A stretch of 64,000 bases of DNA from NCBI RefSeq assembly GCF_964355755.1, contig NC_092670.1, positions 20,880,795 through 20,944,794 on the forward strand, written 5' to 3'. Shown piece after piece: positions 1 to 10,800 of the stretch. The stretch is from Antedon mediterranea (lineage: Eukaryota > Animalia > Echinodermata). The notes below the pieces were generated by a model, which saw nothing but the letters and a program-made list of their open reading frames with translations, did no database searches and was not told the origin of the DNA. The first letter of the stretch is position 1, and every line of letters starts with the position of its first letter. The position numbers and the translations under genes are program-made.

Positions 1-25
1 TTAAATTTAACCCTAAAAATCTTAC

Positions 26-3000
26 CTCTTTTTTGGTCCACCTAAGGAGCTTATTATTCCCATCAGCATCATCTCCATCCTGATCATGTGACAACACATG
101 CACATCTTCATAATGATCATCTTCCTATACAAAAAAAACCAGAAAACATGGTACAGTACTGTGTAAGTGCTTTTGCATTAATTAAAAGCATTACTGCAGT
201 AATTACAATCTTTTACTGAATTTACATTTCAATTACAGTAGTTATCCTACTTTAAGCTATATATACAGTATTTTTTAATAATCTGTGAATACCATATTAA
301 AATTCAATATTTACTGCAGTATTTACAGTAAACTAACAATAGCACAGTAGCAATCTTTTTTATACACCTATTTAAACACCAATGAGCAACTTAATATTTT
401 AATATGAAACCACACTTACCACATAAATGTGAGACAGCAGTAAATAATAATAACTTTATATGTTGTATTACTGTACATAGTACTAAGTTTTAACGATGAA
501 TAATGTCTGTAATATATTGAAATCATATCCTGATGTAGGCAGATGCTACTAGACAAAACAATTAATTTAGTTTATTTAAAGGATAGTAATTGTTATGTAC
601 CTGTGTGTCATGTGAATCTAGTCGGTTCCTATTTTCCTGTTTATCCTGTAATGCTGAGTATGTCTCAAAGAAGTTTCCGTCCGCAGCATTGATCCTGTAC
701 AGTAGGACAAAAACAAATTTGACTTTTAAAATAACTAACAGGGTGTGTCTTAGTCTGGGTTCCAGACGGAGTTTTGTCTTAATATTAGTAAAAAGATAAA
801 TATTTTGGCACATATGGCGTTTCATACGTATACTACTTGATTTTGGATACTCCGTCTGGAGAAACACGCACAAGTCACGTGGTTTGACACCAAGAATTCT
901 TGGTGCATACGATTATCCGGTTGACTAGTTTCAGCTGCATGCGATTGGCTACTCACTCGTACACTGTTTTAATATTCATATTTCAGAATTTCAAAGACTC
1001 AACAACAAAGATGATGCGCATGCGCTATGTTACATTTAGACAATGTGTACTTGAGTACATTTATGAAAGTTTCTGAAGGCTAGAAATTATTTTATATGCC
1101 TAGTAGTCTGGTAAACATTTGATGGGATTTTTCCCAAGGACATGAAAACTCGTCTTGATATGATAAGCTAGCTTCTCCGCATATCAAACATTGAATGGAT
1201 CATTCATTACGCGGAGATAATTTTGATTTAATTCCCACCCAGACCCTGTCCTGTTCGAATTACCTCCTGTTCTGTGTGGTGGTGGTGTAGCCCTGTTGTT
1301 GTGTGCCGCCGGTGGTGGTATGTAGGCCTACTTTATTGGCGTTTTATTTGGCAGGTCATACGTGCGAATTGAGTAGGACCTACGAAAGAGGCCTAGGCCA
1401 AGGACTAAACAATTAATAAACAAAACAACTTGGCATTACGATTTTATATTTCAACAGTCTCGATCGTACATTCAGCACTGTACGTACTCGATCTTTTTCA
1501 TTTTGAAACAAAATGATCATTGGTTGATTCGAAATCCATATTTACATACCGCCCGCCCCATATAGCCAAATACGGTATGATAAACTACGTCATTCTTATC
1601 GGACGTTTGCGGTCTGCAAATCGATTTCTATACGTGTTTCACAAGTCTGTATTTTCAGACAAAAATCGCGGTCGAAATAAAAACAAATAAATAAAAAAAA
1701 AGAAGATAATACAGACTTGGGGCAAGTCTAGGTGTGTCTATACAATTTTGAAAGAATCACAACCAGACAGTTTAGGTGGTGAAAAATATGAAAGTCAGCC
1801 TTGCAACACTATTTTAAAACAATGGAACAAAAATATTCTTAGTTTTTGACACAAGTAGTTTAATTGAACTGACTCAAAAAGAAATACAGGTAGGCCTACT
1901 GTGGTTAGGTTAAGGTTTTTTTGAAGTGGTCTTTAATATATCTGTTGTATATATCTATAGATGTAGAGTGAGCTTGTTTCTTTTGTATAAATATATTATA
2001 AATAGTTTTGGAGGTTTGAACAAAAAGGTTCCCTTTTCAAACTAGAGACAGTAGCAGAGGTGATGATATGGAAAAAAAGCCCTTATTTTGTTGAAAAACA
2101 GAACCCCATGTAAAAATCCTGGCTACGGGCCTGTTGCCTGTTGCAATATCTCCTTGGAATTGAAAATGAATTATCATTTGTTGAATTGATTCCAATTTTT
2201 GGTCAAGGCTATTCCTGTGGTAGAAAGCGCTGCCTACAAATATACTGTTAATTAATTATTATCAGGCCTGTCATTTGTAAAAACCACATGCAATTTATAA
2301 TTGGTGGCCAATCACATGGGTGGGGAACATTAAAGGGACTCCTTTGTAGACAATCAAATAGCTTCTTGGAGGGTCATCATATAAAACTGTAAAAAGAATG
2401 GCATTAAGTACTGTAAGTATACAGCAAAGCCTGGTAAAAAAAAGGGCAGAAAAATTGTATTCATGAAAAAAAAAAGGATGTTTATTTCGATTAATTTTGA
2501 ATACAATTGTATTAAATATATTATTTATGTCAGGCCTAGCTAGGTTATAGGCCCTAGCTAGGACTAGGTACCACTTTCATTGTTTGTGTTTACAATAACA
2601 ACATGACACAGCAGGGCAAAGTCCAATACAGGGCATTGTACAGACGGCCTAGCCCTAGTATCTATACCGGATGCATCTTCCCGCAAACCGGATGGGGAGA
2701 AGCTTCTGCAGCCGGCCGATCCATGACACATTGACAGGCCTAAATCTTCAGAAGATTTTGCGACATAACAAGAACATAAATCTTACCTATCATTACTATA
2801 ATTTGATGACAAAACTGTAATATCTTTCTCGGGCCTTGGATCTACTATTGACAAAATCATTGTCGATCTCTTCCTAGCCCCACTTCGTAACATTTTTTTA
2901 TGGTGGTTTATTCGAGACCTGATCTGATTCCGTGTTTTGTAAAGTCTTCCTCGCACATTGCATACCGACCGCCTGGCTGCTTTTCGGAGCGCGTAGGCCG

Positions 3001-3034
3001 TATTGAAATCTATTGTTATTGTTGTGTAATTCAT
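26..3034 (-). CDS. 5' part of an unidentified spliced gene divergent from LIG1; exons 3034-2787, 694-601, 124-26; continues beyond the left edge
   Basis: Three segments have GT donors (gtaaga, gtacat, gtaaga) and AG acceptors (gtacag, gtatag), and their phases join without a stop (248 nt phase 2, 94 nt, 99 nt). The join reads MNYTTITIDFNTAYALRKAARR...SNYSNDR|INAADGNFFETYSALQDKQENRNRLDSHDTQ|EDDHYEDVHVLSHDQDGDDADGNNKLLRWTKKE|. No family recognised; the true first exon is uncertain. Confidence 0.5.
751..1730. mobile_element. Non-autonomous DNA transposon with TAG...CTA termini, terminal hairpins and a 9-bp TSD (AcademH-like or hATm-like)
   Basis: Starts TAGTCTGGGTTCCAGAC and ends AGACTTGGGGCAAGTCTA. 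It is flanked by the direct repeat GGTGTGTCT (742-750 and 1731-1739). Both ends recur at 51722-51919. Confidence 0.75.
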
Positions 3035-4000
3035 CTTTACCACCAATCACGTACAACTTCCTTAAAAAACTTTATAAACAATAAAAAGTTTCGTTCTATT
3101 TTGGTAGCTGCGTTCAGTAAAACCCAGAACTAAAACCAAATTACTTTTACTCTCGATTCATCAGAAGAAAATTAAAACAGTTTCACTTTTGTAATTCCAA
3201 GTATAGCAAAACAATACTAGAATTGTATACTTTTGCATCGTTCGTAGTCAGTGCAATGAGGCGATGCTGTATCATCTACTGACTGTATACGTTTCAATAT
3301 TTCTCTCAAAATGTGAATATAATTTATTATTATTTGGTGAGTCATATAATTTCCTGGCTCATGTCAAGTTCATACTTAAAGAATTTAAATCAACCATGCG
3401 TACCTAGAGAAAAAAATCAGGACGTGTAAAGACAGTCGGGACTCAATTATACTCTATTTAATTGATAATGTGATAATGTTAAAAAAAATAGTGATATTGT
3501 ACTTCTTTTCTTTTTTGGGACACAGGTTGATATAAAACTAAAATCCCCAACTCAGAAGATTAAGTTAAATTAGTCATCACCTCTCTCATATGATCGAGAA
3601 GACGGTGATCGACTACACATTAGATCAACGTGTTTGATAATGATATATAATGTGTGATAAGTGTTATCTAGTGCATGGACCATTAGGCAAACACATTTAA
3701 GACATAGATATACTTACATATGATAATTCGTCAATGTAAAGACATTTTCGGAGGAAAAATGCAAATTTCCTTGGCAAGATAAGAGATTATCATTTTGAAC
3801 GCTTTTACGAAACCTATCAATATACGGCTATACTTATAAAAATCTTTAAAATACTAAAAAAACATTGATGCCGGATTAAAAGTGCGTATTATGTTTGAAA
3901 CATAAAATGTAAATAAAATTGATTTGGGTCTTAATCTCCCAATGTGTTGATAACAATGTATATGAGTGAGAGAATGTCTAAAGATAACATGTCTTTGTAA

Positions 4001-4083
4001 AGCTCTATCTACACTATCAAACTTTATGTGACAAAAAACTTTTTTTTGTCAAACTAGTTTGATGTTTGTTGTAGACAAAGTTT
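4001..4083. mobile_element. Internally deleted copy of PIF/Harbinger-type MITE family A
   Basis: TAA|AGCTCTATCTACACTATCAAACTTTATGTGACAAAA...GTCAAACTAGTTTGATG..GTAGACA matches both ends of the fuller copies. Confidence 0.7.
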
Positions 4084-4681
4084 GACCATTTTAATTAGTG
4101 TTTGCGGAAATTTCGGATCTCAATATCATTGCTGTGGCTATAATCACTCAATTTCACTTATTAATTTAAATCCCTTTAGCTCTATCTATGATTAAAATGT
4201 TGTTTTAGATTATACTATACGAAAAATTGAAAAAGTTACTTAAATTGAAAGCTGTCTGTATATTCACTGTTGTTATTAAAATACCAGTGAAAAGTCAGTA
4301 CCATTTAGAATTTAAGCCGTAAGGTAAAGGTCAATATTGAATATCGAAACGTGGCAGGCTGGCTATGGGCGCTTGACCTTTGACAAGATCACCTAACATG
4401 TATAATTTCAAACTATACAGTACTAGTAGGCCTACTTAGTATTTTATATTCAGGAAAGCCGCTCCATAATATCTTTACTTTTCTTCCTTATATCTAAATT
4501 AACTGAAAACTGTTAGGCCTTACTAAACATTTTACTGTAATTTAGAAGTATGTAAACACTATTGACATATTTTCATAAAACATTCTTCACGCGTACAACT
4601 CTTCATAACAAAAAATGTTTTCAATTTAGATTTTACGACCTCATTCGGGACTTCGGCTTCTAAGATCTTTGCTACCGCCAT

Positions 4682-4858
4682 TAGAAAAAAAGTTTTGTTC
4701 AACAAAATATTAGAGAGGGGGCTATTTTCAAAAAGTCTGTCGCCCTCCTCGCGTCACTTGTTTTATCCGCGGGAAAAGTTAGATTGGATGTTGTTGATCG
4801 ACTTCAACAAGAACATAGGTTTTATTACTGTTGCTAATTTAGCCTAGATTCAATTACC
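4682..4858. promoter_or_regulatory. LIG1 promoter/5' region, probably bidirectional; E2F-type site GCGGGAAA (4769-4776), inverted CCAAT (4783-4787), CHR-like TTCAAA (~4727)
   Basis: CpG-richer patch directly upstream of the LIG1 ATG. E2F and CCAAT sites are typical of replication genes. Motif matches only. Confidence 0.5.
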
Positions 4859-7800
4859 ATGGCTCAAAGATCTATCATGTAAGTAATAATGCCATAAATA
4901 TTATACATGATGACTTGATTAGGTTAGCAATTGTTTACGAAAGATGAAATAAGAGCATTGGAATCCTAGGCTACCTACTTACTGGTTCTCAAACTGACCG
5001 GTGTCACTGTGTATCTGCTGAGTGAGGGAGTTGAGAAAGGTTAACAAGATGATTAGGCCTAGCCTAAATTATTTTGTCTCGTGAGGAAGTACTGTATCGT
5101 ATTTTTTTAATAACCCACTTTGTTTTTGCTGTCTTTATTTGTTCTTGAGATTGAGTCATTGATGGATGTTTTTTGTGTCTCTATTTAAAGCCCCATTCCC
5201 TACGTTTTTGAGATCTAATTTAAGATCACAAACTATATTTAATGTAAAAATAATACTACATGGTCCTATTGCGATAACTTTTTTCGTCTTTAAACGGTTA
5301 AAAATGTGAAAAATAAATCGATTCTAATAATTATAGCGGCCCGCTATAAATCCCAAAATGCATTGCGCGCGTATTGATATTTTTGTTTTTCACCTGTAAT
5401 TCGCCCACTTTTCGATCGATCGTGAAGCCAAAACAAATGGAAGACTCCTAACTTTTCAGCGAAAATACCGGGTTTTCCCCAATTTGTATCAACGGAGTCT
5501 GGCAAAAATAGAAAGACAATTAATGCAGCAACTATACAACGTCAGGCTAGGTATATAGCTAGCGTACGATGTTCGTACGTTATCGATGTTTACCAGCTAG
5601 GCCTACAAAACTAAGCCTAGCTAGGCTAGGCCTAAGACCGTCCACGAGAGGTCGATCGCCGCGAGCTACTTAGGTAGTGCATTGTTTCTCACTTTTTATC
5701 ATAATTTACCATAAAACGTACATTTAAGACAAGGAATGACATGGTTTAATGTTTTTAAAGTGATATATATGTATTATTTTCCAAAAAACGTCCAAAATTG
5801 CAGGGAAGGGGTCTTTAAATATTAGTAATACTACTACTAGGTAGATAGTCAGTGTTTGTATGACGTGTATGTATGTATGTATTGGTGTTATAACTGTGTT
5901 TTATTAACTCATTTTTACAGGTCATTTTTTGGTGGAGGTGGGACAAAGAAAGCTTCCAGTGAGAAAAAGAGGTAACACCATCTTCTTTCACATATTGAAT
6001 CAGCTAAGAACAGAAATGCCTCAATATTTCAAATGTTATTATGCAATATATATTATAAATGTTATGATAAGTATGAATGTATATTTTAGTAAGTTATGTG
6101 AATTTTGTTCCTGTACAGAGATCGTTCACCTCTAAAAGTGAAGAACAAGTCGCCAAATTCAAATAAATCGCCAATCACAGAACAACCAAAGAAAAAGTTC
6201 CGTCGCATTCTAGACAGTGACGAGGAAGATGAAGAAGAAAACAAATGCAAACAAACAACAGAAGAGGAAAAGAAGAACGAGGATAAATGTGAAGAAGTAG
6301 GTGATGAAAAGAAGGAAGAAGAAAGTAATGAAGGAAAGAAGGAAGAAGAAAGTAATGAAGAAAAGATGGAAATAAATGCTGAGGTAAAGATTTGATTATT
6401 TGAAAAAAAATAAAAATAATAATAATAAAAATATCTGAATAATGCATTCAAAAACTTAACTAAAAGTGGAAAAAGTTACTTTAAAAAGGGACAATTTATT
6501 TTGTAGTAACATTTTCCATCTTTTTATTTATTTTTCATTCATTTCTGGAGGCTATAATAAAAATAAATATTTTTTTTATCTGTCTCATTCTTCCAGCTGG
6601 ATAGTATAATCACACTTAAAACAGAACCTAAAACACCATCACACAAAAATACAATGGCATCTCCCCCATCTGTAAATGGAACACCCAAATTGTCACCAGA
6701 CAATACACCAACAATTTCCCCTGGGGGAATTCCATTCAGAAGAACAGGTAAGTTCTGCTTTGAATATTTGTATTATAGTTTAATGTTTTATTTGATTAGT
6801 AGATGTTCATTTTCATGCTTTGTTTTTCAGCCCGAAAACACATGCGAAAGCGAACATTAAATCTTTCGCAGACAAGTGATTCGTCAAATGAGGAAAAGGC
6901 TGCATCACCAGAAAAGGAAGAGACAGATATATCTAATGAAAAATCTACTGAGGTTAAAACTGAGATTAAAGATGAAGAGAATAAGACAGATAAAAAAAGT
7001 GATGAAAATGATGAAAACAAGGAGAAGTCAAAAGGCAAAGGTCAAACAAAATCAAAGAAAAAAGATTCATCAACAAAAGAAAGAATGGTTAAAGTACCTG
7101 ATAATGTAAAGACGGAGAGTGATGACATGAAAGATAAAAAAGTATTGAGTAAAGGAAGTAACAAAAGTCCACAAGAGAATAAAGCAAAGAAACGAAAAAC
7201 AAAACAAATTATAGAAAGTGATGATGAAGAAGATAGTGATGATGAAAAAAAAAAACAGTCTCAAGAAGTAAAGAAAGAGGAAGGAGTAAAAAGTCATCCC
7301 TTTTTCTGTAAGTGTATTTATCAAAATAAGTCATCTGTACTGCAGTAAAATCATCAATAAACAATTTCTTAAGTTTTGCTATTTATCTTTAATAATTCTT
7401 CTTATGTTCAATATTATTTTCACAGCTGCAAAAACTCCAAAACAAGAAGCAGAAGAAAAGAAACCAAAAACTAGTAAAGATGATACACCTGTAAAGAAAG
7501 AAGTCAGTTCTGTCTCACCTGCAGTGAAAGAAAAATCAAGGTTAGTTACACAGTGATGACATTTATCCTGGATCTAAATGTGATTTAAATTAAATCTTAA
7601 TTTTAAATGTGCTTATTAATTTTCAATTTTTTCCCTAATGATATGTTATAAACATTATTTAAAGCAATAGTTTTTAACAAAATAAGTTTGTGCTCTAACA
7701 TTAAATCCAATTTCTGTAGATTAAAATATTCCTCTTGGTAGAATGTTTAAGTGAAAATGATTCCTCCCCTTCGTTCCTAAAATTAATATTCCTTTTTTTT

Positions 7801-10800
7801 TTGTGCAATGTGCTTACAATTATTGGGCACGCTATAGGACTAACTATTATTATAATTTGTTATCTTCATTACAGTGATGAAAAAGTTACAGATATTAATT
7901 ACAACCCTGGAAAGAGCAACTACAACCCTGTGTTAGATGCATGTTGGAAGAAAGAGGATAAGTAAGATAAAAAGAAACCGTGCGCCGCATAAAATATGGA
8001 TATAGTACAGTACTGTTGCTATTTGGCGCAGCCAGACATAAGACCAAAGAACTGTTATGAGTTCCTATCTTGGCAAGGCGGGCTTGTCTTGTTGTTAGAT
8101 TGCCTTGGGATAACATAGTGGTGAAACATTATATAACATAAAAATGATAATCTTTAAAAAATATAAAATTGAGCAGACAGTCATCATTGTAATTTATTGT
8201 AATTCTTATTATTCTAATTTATTGTTGTCTATAGGGTACCATATCTAGCCCTAGCCCGTACATTTGAGCAGATAGAAGCAACTACAAAACGTTTGAAAAC
8301 CATTGAAATCCTCTGTAACTTCTTACGTTCAGTCATCGTCCTTACACCAGATGATCTAGTGAGATGTGTTTACTTGTGTCTAAATAAGCTTGCCCCTGCA
8401 TATGAGGGTTTGGAACTCGGCATGGGGGAAACCATTCTGATGAGAGCCATTGGTCAGGCAACAGGTATGTAATTGTCCAGTTGCTTAAACAATTTGAATT
8501 GAACTCAACTAAAAGTGGTATTTTGGCTGTTAATTATAACAATGGTTAATTATCTTGTTATGTATGTTTTAGGCCGAAGTGTTGATAAAATGAAGGCAGA
8601 GGTAGCAGAAAAGGGCGACCTTGGTATAGTTGCTGAGGTAAGCATCTTTGAAAAAGGGACACATTTCTGAAATCTGAATCTCATCCCATAATCTATCCAC
8701 TTTGTACAAACATTTTTTTAAATAATTAAATAAGACATTCTCCAAACAATACTTAGCAATTTGTTACCTAAAGTGTTTTTGTTTGTTGTAGGCAAGCCGT
8801 ACAACTCAGAAGATGATGTTTGCTCCCCCAAAGTTGACTATTCAGGCAGTTTTCAACAAACTCAAAGAAATTGCTGCAATGACGGGCAACGCTGTAAGAA
8901 ATCTATAGAAAATAGCTATAAACTGAAAAGTTACATTAAAAATCATTAAGGAACTTTTGATTTGACAATCTAGGCCCTTTTACTGAAAATATTCTCATTG
9001 TGAAGTATTGAAATAAGCACAGCATATTAAAATCATTACATTTTTTGATTTAGTCTCAAAGTAGAAAAACTGAAAAAGTCAAAGGGATGTTTGTAGCCTG
9101 TCGTCACTCCGAAGCACGATATTTAATAAGGTTAGAAATCTTGCAAGACAAACAATTATAACGATTTGAAACAAATACATACATTTGGAATAATAATATA
9201 TTTACAAGATTTTCTGAATTGCAGATCATTAACTGGTAAACTGAGGATTGGCCTAGCTGAGCAATCTGTTCTGGTAGCTTTAGGAAATGCTATAGTCCTA
9301 ACACCACCTGGACAAGGTAGTAGAGGTTCTAATTGTACCTTGAGTATTCTATTTAAAGTATTTGTTACTCAGTATAGTACCCTATATATAATTCATTTCT
9401 CCTTTTTGTATTAGTAGTAGCCTTTTACTCAAATTGTACGACTATTAAATTATTTTAAACAATACACTAATGAACTGGTATTACTTGATTTAGACATTGA
9501 TGAAAAACAAACAACCACAATCTCGGAAAGCCTTAGGAAAAAGATGGAAGAGGGCGCACTAATCATAAAAACTACATACTGGTAAGACTAATGTTGCCTG
9601 ATTTTACCGCAGTAACTTCATAATTACTTCAGTAAGTATAATAATGCTATAATTACTGTTTCAATTCCAGTGAATTACCAAACTATGATAAAATAATACC
9701 AACGTTGCTAAAATACGGTCTAGAAGAGTTACCAAAACATTGCAAGCTGACACCAGGAACACCACTGAAACCAATGTTGGCCCACCCAACCAAAGGAATA
9801 TCAGAAGTGTTAAATCGGTTTGAAAACATGGCGTTTACATGTGAATATAAGTATGATGGTGAAAGAGCACAGGTTAGTATAGGTAGTGTTGATACATGTA
9901 TGTCGCCCTCTATTTTAAGAACACTTTCAGGAATAGAATTTTTATTTGATTTACCTGTAATGTTAATGTTGTCAAATTTATATAGCATTGTCCTAAAGGT
10001 TTCTATTTACCATTATATGCATTTGCTGTCTCTTTCTTCACCAGATACATCTTCTAGAAAACGGAGAGGTACACATCTACAGTCGAAATCAAGAGAACAA
10101 CACTACCAAATATCCAGACATCATCGAACGTATGCCATCTGTATTAAAAGAAGGTGTTACATCATGTGTGATCGACTCTGAAGCAGTGGCATGGGACAAA
10201 GTGAAGAAAGACATACTACCATTCCAAGTGCTTAGTACCAGAAAAAGAAAAGATGCAGACATGTCAGAGATCAAAGTTCAAGTTTGCGTTTACGCATTTG
10301 ATATCTTATATTTGAATGGAAAGGTGAGAATGTGTATTTATGTTTCCTCAAAAATAAAGACAAAATAAAATAAATAATTTCAAGAAAGGTTCATCTTTTG
10401 GTCTTCTATTTCAAGGTGGGTATGGCACTCCAGCAACATAAAATCTTTTCAGATTAAAAATGAAGCAATGTAATGTGTCGGTATAACAGGACTCTCCATA
10501 CCAAATGATTGCATCCTGAACCATGATAGATATGCAAAACAATGATATTGGTGATAATTATTGTATTTATGATATAATACAGTATTGTGTTTTGGCTTCC
10601 TAATTAGAAGAACTGTTTATTATGATTGAATAATCTGGGAATTACCGCTGATGAAAGGGAGAAAATTATTAATTTGTTGACGTTAATTCAATTAATATTT
10701 TCTAGTCTCTTGTGAGGGAACCTTTCCGCAAGAGACGAGAGCTTCTCCAGTCATCCTGCAAGGAAGTTGAAGGGCAGTTTGTCTTTGCAAACTCTATGGT

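Noticed and set aside
6086-7324. Minus-strand Ser/Phe-rich ORFs (6086-6451, 6175-6447, 6796-7038, 7070-7324)
   Set aside because: They are antisense shadows of the purine-rich Lys/Glu/Asp-coding LIG1 exons.
9683-10368. Apparent frameshifted or split ligase ORFs
   Set aside because: Fully explained by GT-AG introns (9873-10044 and from 10324); the spliced frame is intact, so this is not a pseudogene.
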